Below, piece after piece: positions 10,239-19,887 of a stretch of 64,000 nt of DNA. The position numbers and the translations under genes were made by a program. This DNA comes from an uncultured virus (IMG/VR IMGVR_UViG_3300032321_001739) (Duplodnaviria; Heunggongvirae; Uroviricota; Caudoviricetes). The notes beneath the pieces were generated by a model. The model was not told the DNA's origin. It saw only the letters and a list, made by a program, of their open reading frames with translations, and did no database searches. The stretch is from the IMG/VR virus record IMGVR_UViG_3300032321_001739; one strand, written 5' to 3'. Each line of letters opens with the position of its first letter. The first letter of the stretch is position 1.

Positions 10239-12434
10239 ATGAATATAAATGATTATAAATTGTTTTTGGAACTTCAGAAGGATGAACCAATTAACGAAGA
10301 AGTTGGTTTAAGAAACCTCAAAAAGATTGCTAAGAGTTTAGATACAATTGACCAAGCACTTGTTGGAACTAAAAGATTAGAGATAAATCCATCCTCAAAA
10401 GCGAGTATGATTGATATATCAAATGTTGTAAGTGGAAATAGAAAGTGTGAGATTTATTTTCATAAAGACTTAGATGGTGTTACATCGGCTTTAGCTATGA
10501 AACAAATTCTTTGGAGTCAATACCAAATCGAATGTGTTGATTGTCACACAATTCAATATGGCGGATTAGAATTCGCGGTTCAACAACCAAAACCAGGAAA
10601 TCTAGCAGTTCTTGTAGATTTTGCACACTCTAAACCAATGTTTACAATTGCAACTGACCACCATCAAGAACAAGTTGGTGCCGAAGATACATCATCAACA
10701 TATTACAAACATTCAAGATCAAATGTTGAAACAATTTCTGGTGAGATTGCAAAACAAGAAATTTTTCCACAAAGAGATATTGAGTTTATTCAAACAATAG
10801 ATTCTGCGAACTTTTTGAAATATGATGTTAAACCAGAAGACGTTCAAAACTCAATCTTTAAATTAGATAAATCAATGTCTATCGAAAAGTTAAAATTCAC
10901 TATGGGTTTTGTTACTAATAGATTATTATTAGCTTATAAAAATAAAGCAATTACTTTAAAATCTAAAGACGGTAAAAGAGACCATATTAATAGAAATATT
11001 CTAGAGTGTTTGGTGTTAGATTGTTCTCCAAATTTATATTCAATGTATAATAACTTATTACATTATATGAATAATGCAAAAACAAGTGATAGATTGGGTA
11101 GATTAGCAACACCAGAAGAAATAACAAAAAACTTAGCAGATTATATCGAAACAATGAAAACATATTCTAATAAGGAATTTGATGATGATTATAAAATTCT
11201 AAGACAATATGGTGCTGGTTCTATGGTAAAACCAGGATCTTATGATAGATATGTTGTGTTTAAAAATAACCCAGAGGCAGAGTTTAACTGTATCACTTGG
11301 CCAATGGGGTTAATTCAAGTTTCTTGTAATCCATTTAAAGAAAAAGCTCTTAAAGATATTAACTTAGGTGAAATTGCTAAAGAAGTTCTTGCAATATTTG
11401 AACCAAAGTTTAAAAAATACTTTATCTCAATTAAAGCAATTAAAGAAGTTTACGAAACATCACAAGACTGGAAAAATCAACAAAAAATAAAAGGCGAAGA
11501 TTTCTCAGGAATTGGATTTAAATTTTCTGACCTTGCTGCTTTTTATATGGATTGTATTTACCAAAATGGATCAACTGGGGTCAAAAACATTATAGATAAG
11601 GTTTTAGAAATTGATTTTAGAGCAAATTCTGAAACATACGAGGATATTGATGTTATTATCAATTTTAATGGTCAAAAATTTCAATTTAAAGTAACTGAAG
11701 ATTTATTGATTTCAGAATTTGTAAAAACAGCAGTAGCTGATAGAGATATTAGTAAGTTCTCTGTTTATTCATACAAAGAAGGAGAGCCTTTTATTAGTGA
11801 ATTGACACAAAAAAGAATAGGTGGAGCTAAAGATAATATTTCAAACCTATTAAAGAGACAAAATGCTATAGTAACAAGTAGAGATAAGATTATGGTTTTC
11901 AAACCACTTAAAGATAATGCAATAGTAGATTCAATGAATAAAAACTATTCGGATTTATCATATCAAGAATTAAAATATCTTGATGGTTTAAAAATTCCAG
12001 TATGGGAACTAATCATTAGAAACTCGGGAGGTCACCCATCAATAACAAATATATCGGGTCTAAACTTTTTAGCTTATAATAAAGCAGCTATGAAAGTTGG
12101 TTATAACACAGATAAATATACTGATATTATGGCAATGATTGTGGATAAATTTATAAACTCATTAAAAGAGAAAATCAATTTAGCTAGAGAAGGAAAATTA
12201 GTAACATATGATACAAAAGGAGTGGAACTTCTCGGACAAGATATCAATGAGAACTTTAGTTATCAATTAGTTGACAAATTTACCGGACAACCAAAGTCTG
12301 TTACAAAAGAAGAGTTTCTTAAAGCAGGTTCTGAAACAGGAATGAGAAAGTCAAAGAAAAGCTCAATTATTATTGATAACACTAATAAGAAATTGATTGC
12401 AAAGTTTGAGAATTTTAATAATTCAAAACTGTAA
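10239..12434 (+). CDS. DHH-family phosphoesterase with DHHA1-like C-terminal part
   Basis: H-x-DLDG, VDF, TDHH and a late GGHP motif. Confidence 0.75.
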   Translation: MNINDYKLFLELQKDEPINEEVGLRNLKKIAKSLDTIDQALVGTKRLEINPSSKASMIDISNVVSGNRKCEIYFHKDLDGVTSALAMKQILWSQYQIECVDCHTIQYGGLEFAVQQPKPGNLAVLVDFAHSKPMFTIATDHHQEQVGAEDTSSTYYKHSRSNVETISGEIAKQEIFPQRDIEFIQTIDSANFLKYDVKPEDVQNSIFKLDKSMSIEKLKFTMGFVTNRLLLAYKNKAITLKSKDGKRDHINRNILECLVLDCSPNLYSMYNNLLHYMNNAKTSDRLGRLATPEEITKNLADYIETMKTYSNKEFDDDYKILRQYGAGSMVKPGSYDRYVVFKNNPEAEFNCITWPMGLIQVSCNPFKEKALKDINLGEIAKEVLAIFEPKFKKYFISIKAIKEVYETSQDWKNQQKIKGEDFSGIGFKFSDLAAFYMDCIYQNGSTGVKNIIDKVLEIDFRANSETYEDIDVIINFNGQKFQFKVTEDLLISEFVKTAVADRDISKFSVYSYKEGEPFISELTQKRIGGAKDNISNLLKRQNAIVTSRDKIMVFKPLKDNAIVDSMNKNYSDLSYQELKYLDGLKIPVWELIIRNSGGHPSITNISGLNFLAYNKAAMKVGYNTDKYTDIMAMIVDKFINSLKEKINLAREGKLVTYDTKGVELLGQDINENFSYQLVDKFTGQPKSVTKEEFLKAGSETGMRKSKKSSIIIDNTNKKLIAKFENFNNSKL

Positions 12435-12807
12435 TTTCAATTTCTTCTTTTAGTTTTGAATCATTTAATATAACATCTATTTTATTATCTCTCATTATCG
12501 ATTTATCATATCTTAATGTGATTGTATCAGATGGTGAAAAAAGATCTAAATACACCTCAATTCCATTGATTGATCCCATGTGTCTTAGCAATTCTTCACT
12601 CATCAATGATTCTAAACGAGCAAATTTAAAAGAATCATTTGCTTCTAATATATTATAAATAGACATTGGAACTATCATAAAATTTTGACCTGTTTTATTT
12701 CTTTGCATAATAATTTCCTTAATCAATTTATTAGATTTTAACTTAGCCAATTCAAAACTAGTCTCTGCATAACCCAAACTTTCATCTTTATTTAAATCAA
12801 TTGTCAT
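12415..12807 (-). CDS. Major-capsid (gp23) C-terminal-like fragment with RxxK[LI]xx[LI] tag
   Basis: GQNFMIV...YNILE...GSINGIEVYLDLF..DTITLRY resembles the gp23 C-terminal segment; followed by RDNKIDVIL. Confidence 0.5.
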   Translation of the reverse strand: MTIDLNKDESLGYAETSFELAKLKSNKLIKEIIMQRNKTGQNFMIVPMSIYNILEANDSFKFARLESLMSEELLRHMGSINGIEVYLDLFSPSDTITLRYDKSIMRDNKIDVILNDSKLKEEIEITVLNY

Positions 12808-13462
12808 TTAATATAGAATTTATTTTATCTTCTCTTAATTTTTGAGTATTAACTACTCTTATTTTATAAACTTCAAAGTCACAATCGTAAATTGGACTCT
12901 TAATAGAATGTTCGTTTGATGAAAATCCTTTAGTAATTGAATAATCCATATTTTGTAAAGACCAGACCATGCTCTGAATAGGTCGGTCAACTAAATAAAA
13001 ATGACAATCATCAAGATTATCTTCAATTAATGGTGAATAATATGCAGAGACTTCTCTGTTATACGCCATAATTTTAAATCTACGAGTAAAGTAATTGGGT
13101 AAATAACTATGACCATCATCTTCTGGTTCCACCAAATGACTATCAAGTTGTAAATTCAAATTAGAATTAGTTGAATAAAAGATTATTTTTGGATCAATTT
13201 TTAAACGATCCATTAAATCATGAATATCACTAAACGAGTTTCGATGAACTATAATCTCTTTAGATTTATCAAACATATTTTGAATAGAATAATTATAAAT
13301 TTCTATCATCAATTTTCTAAACAAAGAAGCTGAAAATGAAGAGTGTTTAAATTTCTCAACAACCTTTTTATCAGTGGAAGTGATTACATCACCAGAGTAA
13401 ATAAAATCAATACTTTGTAGAAAATCTTCTAATGTTTTCTTATGTTTGTGAAACTCATTCAT
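12797..13462 (-). CDS. Hypothetical protein with C-terminal tag
   Basis: Ends LREDKINSILNDN. Confidence 0.65.
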   Translation of the reverse strand: MNEFHKHKKTLEDFLQSIDFIYSGDVITSTDKKVVEKFKHSSFSASLFRKLMIEIYNYSIQNMFDKSKEIIVHRNSFSDIHDLMDRLKIDPKIIFYSTNSNLNLQLDSHLVEPEDDGHSYLPNYFTRRFKIMAYNREVSAYYSPLIEDNLDDCHFYLVDRPIQSMVWSLQNMDYSITKGFSSNEHSIKSPIYDCDFEVYKIRVVNTQKLREDKINSILNDN

Positions 13463-13507
13463 TTCTATTTTTATCTTTTTATTTGATAAAGTTTTATATA
13501 TAGTCTT

Positions 13508-14086
13508 ATGAATTGGATTAAATTATTTGAAGAGTTCGACCATGAGTTAATTGATTTAACTAATCTACTTAAACAACATGATATACCGTGTGACCTATGG
13601 GGTACGGGTAAATCCAAAACAATAAACCATTTATTAGACGAATTAAAAAACAATGAGTGTGAATTAAAAATTATATCAAGTAATTTAATTAGATTTATTG
13701 AATTTGTAGGTATAAAGATTTTTTACACAGATGAAGAAGGTCAAAAATGGTTCTTAAAAGAAGAACGTCAAGAATTTAAAGATGGTAGAATTAGAAGAAG
13801 AAACATACCATCTTCTGTTTCAGAAAAAATGAAAAGTGGAGAAGACCCAATAATATCAGGAATAAGAGGTATAAGAGAAGAACTTGGTATTAAAGTCTAT
13901 GCTCATCAATTAAGAAAACATAGAGACCTACACTATGATGGAGGATCACTTTCTTATCCGGGACTTGAAACAAAATACAAAGGCCATAGATTTATTTGTG
14001 AGTTAGAAAAGTCACAATTCGATCCAGCAGGATATATCGAAGTTCAACCAGATAAAAAAACTTTTTTTGTTTGGAACAAACTTTAA
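13508..14086 (+). CDS. NUDIX-fold protein with N-terminal head-targeting-like tag
   Basis: Degenerate Nudix box EKMKSGEDPIISGIRGIREELGI; starts MNWIKLFEEF. Confidence 0.55.
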   Translation: MNWIKLFEEFDHELIDLTNLLKQHDIPCDLWGTGKSKTINHLLDELKNNECELKIISSNLIRFIEFVGIKIFYTDEEGQKWFLKEERQEFKDGRIRRRNIPSSVSEKMKSGEDPIISGIRGIREELGIKVYAHQLRKHRDLHYDGGSLSYPGLETKYKGHRFICELEKSQFDPAGYIEVQPDKKTFFVWNKL

Positions 14087-14140
14087 AAAAAACAAAACAA
14101 AAAATATTTATTTCAATATAATAAAAAAATATTTATTATT

Positions 14141-14557
14141 ATGATTGAAAATGGCACAATAGTCAATGTGCATTACACTGGTAAACTAACCGACGGTAGT
14201 GTTTTTGACTCATCAGAAGGTAGAGGTGCTCTACGTTTTGAAATCGGTTCTGGTAAAATTATTGCAGGATTCGAAACAGCTCTTATGGGTAAAAATATAG
14301 GAGATAAAGTTACTGTAAACATCCAACCAGAAGAAGCATACGGACCAGTATTAGAAGAACTAATTGTTAATGTTCCACTTGATAGACTTCCGGAAAACTT
14401 AGAGATGGGACAAATTCTTGAGGCAACTTTAGAAAATGGAGAATCTTCCAACGTAACGGTGGTTAATATTTCAGAAGAACACGCTACAATCGATGGTAAT
14501 CATCCACTAGCTGGACAAGAGCTAGTATTTGACATCGAAGTAGTTTCTTTAGGTTAA
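14141..14557 (+). CDS. FKBP-type peptidyl-prolyl isomerase (SlyD/SlpA-like, no His tail)
   Basis: VHYTGKL.DG.VFDSS, GFETAL, PEEAYG and DGNHPLAG motifs. Confidence 0.9.
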   Translation: MIENGTIVNVHYTGKLTDGSVFDSSEGRGALRFEIGSGKIIAGFETALMGKNIGDKVTVNIQPEEAYGPVLEELIVNVPLDRLPENLEMGQILEATLENGESSNVTVVNISEEHATIDGNHPLAGQELVFDIEVVSLG

Positions 14558-14560
14558 TAT

Positions 14561-14707
14561 TTATCTACCCTGTCCTTTGTAGGATTTTCTATAGTTTTTA
14601 GAAAACTTACTTCTACAGTTTTTCTTTTTAGAGTGTATTCCAGGTCTTTTTTTATGAGATCTTGTAATATGAACTCTAACGCTTGAGGTAGTGGTTTTTT
14701 TAGCCAT
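14561..14707 (-). CDS. Small basic 48-aa protein ending YKGQGR (not in ORF track)
   Basis: MAKKTTTSSVRVHITRSHKKRPGIHSKKKNCRSKFSKNYRKSYKGQGR*, with TATATA and an A-rich leader upstream. The Y(R/K)GQG C-terminus is common in small T4-like phage proteins. Confidence 0.7.
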   Translation of the reverse strand: MAKKTTTSSVRVHITRSHKKRPGIHSKKKNCRSKFSKNYRKSYKGQGR

Positions 14708-14743
14708 ATCTTTTTATTTTTTTGTTTATATATAAAATAAAAT

Positions 14744-15451
14744 TTGAAAAATATGTTGAAAATTCCACTACTTTTTTTTGTGCTTATTTGCAATGTGGTC
14801 TTCTCACAGGAAATCAAAACAGACAACAATTTAACAGGTTTAATCTCAAACTCTACAAGCTCTCAAATTGGACTGACTTTTGTTGGAGAAAATTCTTTTT
14901 TAAAAAAAAACTGGGATGTAACATCTGTTACAAATTATACACTCACATTCTCACCTAATATTTCTGAGAACGAAATTTTACAAAGGATAAGTTATGATTG
15001 GAAAATTAAAAATTGGTATAATTTTACTAATTATCAATTTAATTACTCATATGTTAGAAAGATAGAGAGTGACCATTTTTTTGGTATAGGCACCGGTATC
15101 AAAAAGGAATTTAAATTAATTAAGATTTCAACCTCTTACGCAATACTTTTTCAAAATTCAAACTATCTGAATAATCAATCAGAATATCTTTTTAGACATT
15201 CATTTAAATTAAAATTGAAAATTGAAAGAAATTTCTGGGAATTTGTTTCAGAATATTATTTCCAACCTAATGTGGTAGATTTCAGTGACAACATTATTTA
15301 CGGAACTACCAGGATTAGTTTTTTTCCACAAAACAAATTTAACTTTACGGTTGGAGATATTTTGAATTTTAGAAGTAAATCCGATGTAAAGATAATCCAT
15401 AACTTGACAATTGGTGTTGGATATAAATTTCAAAAGAAAATTACAAGATAA
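14744..15451 (+). CDS. Outer-membrane beta-barrel protein, DUF481-like
   Basis: Signal peptide ending VFSQ, alternating aromatic beta strands, C-terminal GVGYKF. Confidence 0.6.
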   Translation: MKNMLKIPLLFFVLICNVVFSQEIKTDNNLTGLISNSTSSQIGLTFVGENSFLKKNWDVTSVTNYTLTFSPNISENEILQRISYDWKIKNWYNFTNYQFNYSYVRKIESDHFFGIGTGIKKEFKLIKISTSYAILFQNSNYLNNQSEYLFRHSFKLKLKIERNFWEFVSEYYFQPNVVDFSDNIIYGTTRISFFPQNKFNFTVGDILNFRSKSDVKIIHNLTIGVGYKFQKKITR

Positions 15452-15492
15452 AAAAAATCATTTTTTCAACTTTAAGATAAAACTAATAAACT

Positions 15493-15522
15493 AAAAAACC
15501 ATCTTTCCAGATGGTTTTTTTT
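15493..15522. terminator. Bidirectional intrinsic terminator
   Basis: AAAAAACCATCT-ttcc-AGATGGTTTTTT between convergent genes. Confidence 0.8.
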
Positions 15523-15955
15523 ATTTAGACAATATATACTTATCAAATTCTGAAAGAGAATCTACACCTTTTTCAAGAATTTTATCTAAAACATCATCAG
15601 TTGTAGTGAAATTTTCTTTAAAGTTTTTAATGAACTTGTCCAAATCATCGGAAATATCATTGTCGGATTCATCTACAAAGTTACAATCTATTTGATTGTC
15701 AAAAAAAACATCTTTTGAAATATCTTTCTTTTCAAACGAAATTTCATATTTAGTTAAAAAAGATTCAATTTTTGACTGATACACATCTGTTAAAACTGCA
15801 AAAAAACCACTTTTACCATTATTATCAGTAAAATCAAAATGTTGAAAGTATTTACTAGCAGTAAATACTGATTCTAGTTCTACCAATGGAACATTTTCAA
15901 AAATAGAAATTAGTTCACTATATGATTTGTTTGTCTTATATTTAAAAAGTTTCAT
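15521..15955 (-). CDS. Hypothetical protein with C-terminal DUF6576-like helix; paralog of 52573..52908
   Basis: Ends DDVLDKILEKGVDSLSEFDKYIL. Likely start MKLFKYK at 15955, below a TATATTTG promoter. Confidence 0.55.
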   Translation of the reverse strand: MKLFKYKTNKSYSELISIFENVPLVELESVFTASKYFQHFDFTDNNGKSGFFAVLTDVYQSKIESFLTKYEISFEKKDISKDVFFDNQIDCNFVDESDNDISDDLDKFIKNFKENFTTTDDVLDKILEKGVDSLSEFDKYILSK

Positions 15956-16038
15956 ATTGTATGATTTTGATTGTAAATTATAATAATACAAATATAATAA
16001 AAATAAAATAAAAAAAGAGAATTTTTCAATTCTCTTTT

Positions 16039-16386
16039 TTAATAACCTCTATCAGTTGTATGATAAGATTCAAATCCACCGGTTTTTGTCCAAGTTTCAT
16101 CAGCTCTTCCTGACTCGTGCCAACTATCTTCATACTTCCAGGCTGAGTTAGAATATTCACTCCATTCTGGATCCCATATTTTACCAAGTTCAGAAAGAGT
16201 TTCTTCATCAAATTCTTCATAGATTTCTTCAAGTTCATACCTATTTGACTCAATATAATCTAAAAATTCTTCTTCAGTCTCTCCTTCAAATGGAATTGAT
16301 AATGTTCTAAATTTCTCAGGGTCTAAATTGGCGACTTCTGTGGTCTGCCAAGATGTATACCTTTCACATTTTCTAATTTGATACAT
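16039..16386 (-). CDS. Acidic hypothetical protein
   Basis: 115-aa Glu/Trp-rich ORF. Confidence 0.6.
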   Translation of the reverse strand: MYQIRKCERYTSWQTTEVANLDPEKFRTLSIPFEGETEEEFLDYIESNRYELEEIYEEFDEETLSELGKIWDPEWSEYSNSAWKYEDSWHESGRADETWTKTGGFESYHTTDRGY

Positions 16387-16403
16387 AATTTATAATTTAA
16401 TAA

Positions 16404-16604
16404 TTAACACTCTTCGATATCAAAATCATATTCATCTTCGTCGGTAATTTTGTCCCATTCAAGATCTTGATTTCCTCTGAAATCTATCTCTTCGTAGAAT
16501 CTATCTTCATCGTTTTCAAAAAGTTCTGCCTCTTCGTCTGTCAATTCTGCTGAGTATTTACAAATTGTTGTATAAGACTCAAACCATACTAATTTCTTTG
16601 CCAT
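16404..16604 (-). CDS. Small acidic hypothetical protein
   Basis: 66-aa Asp/Glu-rich ORF. Confidence 0.6.
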   Translation of the reverse strand: MAKKLVWFESYTTICKYSAELTDEEAELFENDEDRFYEEIDFRGNQDLEWDKITDEDEYDFDIEEC

Positions 16605-16662
16605 AATTTAAAATTTAAAAGTTATAAATGATATACCAAAATAAGTGAAAAGTTTGTTATAA

Positions 16663-16721
16663 AAATGATTTTTGAAATAAAATATATAAATTAAGAAAAA
16701 ATAAAAAAAACTATGAAATAC
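16663..16721 (+). repeat. Late promoter + leader + start-codon cassette, copy 1 (copy 2 at 18177..18235)
   Basis: 59-nt direct repeat with one mismatch, offset 1514 nt. Confidence 0.9.
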
Positions 16722-17684
16722 GTTAAAACATTTGAAAATTTTAATTATTTGTTTGAAGATACCGAGGCACCAGCAACTGAACCTGTTGTATCACCTGAAG
16801 AACAAAAAGAAATTATTGATGCAACTGCAGCAGCAACAAAAGCTGAAATGGAAGTTAAATCAGCATTTTCACAGAAATTAAAATCTAAAGTTGCTCAAGC
16901 ACAAGCGCAATCACAGAGTCAACCTGAACCTGCAAAAAACGAAGGATTTATCTTTGAAAATGTACAAGGTGAGATGTTGACTAAAGAAAATATGCAAAAA
17001 TATACTGATGCTCTTGTAAAAAAATTACCAATTCTTAGAGCTGGTGATAAAGAAGTAATATTCCGTGGTCAAAAAACTAAAATTCCAGCAGGAGCTGAGT
17101 TCGAAGCGTATAAAGCTACAATAACTACGGGCAAGCTTTATGTAAACTACAAAGATAAAACTGATAAATATCCAGAAGTTCTATTTATTTATGGGCCATC
17201 AAAAGAAGAGATTGCACACGTTACTAAAATTTATAGTGAGTTCGGTAAAAAATTAGCAACACAACAAAAAAGAAGTAAGTTATTAACCAGAGGTGGTGTA
17301 ATATTAGCATCACTTGGTGTTGTTGCTGCTGTTGGAGGTATGGTGACAAATATATTCCACGGAAGTCCCTCAGATGCTTTCCGTGAAATTCCTGGAATAG
17401 TTATCGCAGGAGGTGGTGCTATTGCAGCAGGATCTGCTGCTTATGTAGCTTCTAGTCAATTGGATAAGAAAATCGATGTTGCTGAAGATGCTCTTGCTAT
17501 GTTTACTGCACTTATTAAAGCATTCTGTGATTCATTAAACATGAATATGATGGAAGTTCAAACAGTAGGTGATATTCAATCTTTATTTACAATGGATAAA
17601 ATTGAAGTAGAAGTAGAAAACACAACTACTAGTGCTAAAGTAGAAAGTGTTTCTAATAAATTAAAAGGTTTTGATAAATTTTAA
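16713..17684 (+). CDS. Putative internal head/ejected protein with hydrophobic Gly/Ala hairpin
   Basis: Starts MKYVKTFENF; two Gly/Ala-rich hydrophobic segments. Confidence 0.55.
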   Translation: MKYVKTFENFNYLFEDTEAPATEPVVSPEEQKEIIDATAAATKAEMEVKSAFSQKLKSKVAQAQAQSQSQPEPAKNEGFIFENVQGEMLTKENMQKYTDALVKKLPILRAGDKEVIFRGQKTKIPAGAEFEAYKATITTGKLYVNYKDKTDKYPEVLFIYGPSKEEIAHVTKIYSEFGKKLATQQKRSKLLTRGGVILASLGVVAAVGGMVTNIFHGSPSDAFREIPGIVIAGGGAIAAGSAAYVASSQLDKKIDVAEDALAMFTALIKAFCDSLNMNMMEVQTVGDIQSLFTMDKIEVEVENTTTSAKVESVSNKLKGFDKF

Positions 17685-17700
17685 TATAATAACAACAAAT

Positions 17701-17731
17701 AAAAAAGGGAAGTGAAAACTTCCCTTTTTTT
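17701..17731. terminator. Bidirectional intrinsic terminator
   Basis: AAAAAAGGGAAGT-gaaa-ACTTCCCTTTTTT. Confidence 0.85.
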
Positions 17732-18119
17732 ATGCTAATTCTAATTCTTCTTCCTTAACTTTTTCTTTTGACTTCGTTTTCTTTTGAGGAACATAAAGTC
17801 TTTCTTCAACAATTGGTAAAATCTCAATTCTAACAATTTTTCTTTTACGAAGTGGTTTAGCTGGCTCAAAACGATTTACAGCAAAACCTGGCTCACAGAT
17901 GTCAATTAACTCACCTTCTAAATTGGAAAACTTATGAACTTTATTATCAATTCCTTCTAATAGAAATCCACCATTTTTTGAAAACTCCTTTACTACATAA
18001 ACATTACCAATAACTGGCTTGTTAATAGATGGTACATCAGCATACATATCTCTATCATCTACGAAACGCACTTCTGAACCGATTGTGATTTCTTGACCTT
18101 TTAGAATAACTGTTTTCAT
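17730..18119 (-). CDS. Hypothetical protein (SH3-like N-terminus)
   Basis: 129 aa; TATATTTGTA promoter at 18137-18146 (minus). Confidence 0.55.
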   Translation of the reverse strand: MKTVILKGQEITIGSEVRFVDDRDMYADVPSINKPVIGNVYVVKEFSKNGGFLLEGIDNKVHKFSNLEGELIDICEPGFAVNRFEPAKPLRKRKIVRIEILPIVEERLYVPQKKTKSKEKVKEEELELA

Positions 18120-18226
18120 ATCTTAAATTTTAATAATACAAATATAATACAAAATATTTGATAAAAAAAGTTAGATAAATGATTTTTTAAATAAAATATA
18201 TAAATTAAGAAAAAATAAAAAAAACT

Positions 18227-18799
18227 ATGAAATACATAAAAACTTTCGAAAATTACTCAATCAACGAAGAGGAATTTTTAACAGCATTAAAAGCAGGTTT
18301 TGGAAAAATTAATCAGAAGTCTATAGATACTTTAGACCAAGTTTCTACAGAATCTTTATCAACATTTACAGATGCTGAAGTTTACAACTCTGGAAATAAA
18401 GAAACTAAAATGCTTTTACAGAAAATTAACTTAATGCAAATATTGAAAGATAGATACAATAAAAATCAAGGTATCAAAATTTCAGAATTACAAAATGCTG
18501 ATATCAAATTAGGTAAAGACGCAAAAACATTATTAGCAGAAGGTGAATCAATCGGTAAACACGACTATACCAATAATCTAATTTACGTTGGCGAGACCGG
18601 CACCGTGATGTGTAAGGGTCAAAAAGTACCAGATATGACAGCAGAAGACGTTAAAAAAGCTTATTCAAACTCAGTTAGTGAGGTTTATATAGCTGCGTCT
18701 GAAAGTAAAAATAATCCTTTAGCGAACGCAAAAGTTTACTTTGATGTTAAAAAGAACATTTGGAGTGGTGGTTCTCTACCAAGCAGAGTTTATGCTTAA
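18227..18799 (+). CDS. Putative internal head protein
   Basis: Starts MKYIKTFENYSINEE; duplicated promoter cassette upstream. Confidence 0.6.
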   Translation: MKYIKTFENYSINEEEFLTALKAGFGKINQKSIDTLDQVSTESLSTFTDAEVYNSGNKETKMLLQKINLMQILKDRYNKNQGIKISELQNADIKLGKDAKTLLAEGESIGKHDYTNNLIYVGETGTVMCKGQKVPDMTAEDVKKAYSNSVSEVYIAASESKNNPLANAKVYFDVKKNIWSGGSLPSRVYA

Positions 18800-18832
18800 A
18801 ATTTAGAAAAATGAGTTGAGTCTTTTTTCTTA

Positions 18833-19396
18833 TTACTTTATGGAAAATTTTATTGGATAGTCACAATAAACTTCACCTTTACTTATTTTATCTAATTTAG
18901 ATTGAAGTAACTTTTTTCTAAGAGGAGAAGCTTTATCAATCCACATATGACCTTCTAAGTGATCATACTCGTGTTGTAGAATTCTACATTGTATTCCAGA
19001 AAACTCTTTTTCATGTAAATTCCAATCTTTATCAAAATAAGACATAATGATTTTGGAAGGTCTTTTAATTTCTTCTGAAATTCTCGGAAGTGAAAGACAA
19101 GCCTCTCTAAATGAGAATTCTTCACCAAATTCCTCTTCAATAATAGGATTAATAAAAACTTCTCTAAAATTCTCTAAATCACTATCAGGGAAATCTTCAG
19201 ACATTGATTTTGAATCAACTGTGATTACTCTTATATTCTTACCAATTTGAGGTGCAGCTAAACCAATACCTTTAGCGTTATCCATAGTTTCAAACATATC
19301 TGAAATTAGTTGTTCTAATTCAGGATAATCTTTATCTATTTCTAAAGATTCTTTTCTGAGAACTGGACAACCATAAGCATAAATCGGTAAAATCAT
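18833..19396 (-). CDS. def: Peptide deformylase
   Basis: GIGLAAPQ, EACLS and HEYDH motifs. Confidence 0.95.
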   Translation of the reverse strand: MILPIYAYGCPVLRKESLEIDKDYPELEQLISDMFETMDNAKGIGLAAPQIGKNIRVITVDSKSMSEDFPDSDLENFREVFINPIIEEEFGEEFSFREACLSLPRISEEIKRPSKIIMSYFDKDWNLHEKEFSGIQCRILQHEYDHLEGHMWIDKASPLRKKLLQSKLDKISKGEVYCDYPIKFSIK

Positions 19397-19434
19397 AAAG
19401 ATTATATCATAATTCTAATAAAAGTTAGAAAAAA

Positions 19435-19764
19435 TTACTTATTTCTTTCTTTTTTGATGTCATTAAGAACATTAATAGTCAATTCCAACTCATATTTATT
19501 TTCAGAGACCAACTCTTCAGCTCGGTTTTTGAGATACATTTCCCAAGAAAAAAGATGAAAAATCAAAGTAATCATATAAGGAATAAAACTATTACTGATA
19601 AAGAATGGAACTAATAAGAAAGCACCCATACTAAAAATCCAAAAGAAGGTATTTGATGTGAAAAAAAGTAAAAACTTGTGTAGGGCAATATACACTGATA
19701 GTTTAAAATCAGAATAGTCCTTTGTTGTTTTTGTTTCGAATTCTTTAATCTTGTAGTAGTTCAT
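19435..19764 (-). CDS. Membrane protein
   Basis: Two hydrophobic segments; TATATTTGTA at 19796-19805 (minus). Confidence 0.55.
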   Translation of the reverse strand: MNYYKIKEFETKTTKDYSDFKLSVYIALHKFLLFFTSNTFFWIFSMGAFLLVPFFISNSFIPYMITLIFHLFSWEMYLKNRAEELVSENKYELELTINVLNDIKKERNK

Positions 19765-19887
19765 AACGATATTTTTTTAAAGATTTTTATATATCTACAA
19801 ATATAATAAACTTTTTTTAATTTACAAAAAAATTAAAAAATGATTTTTTTCCTTTAATATATATAATTATAAAAATAAAATAAAAAT

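Noticed and set aside
14554..14958. Track ORFs 14554..14829(-) and 14722..14958(+)
   Set aside because: They are better explained by the 48-aa YKGQGR gene (14561..14707) and the beta-barrel gene (14744) in other frames.
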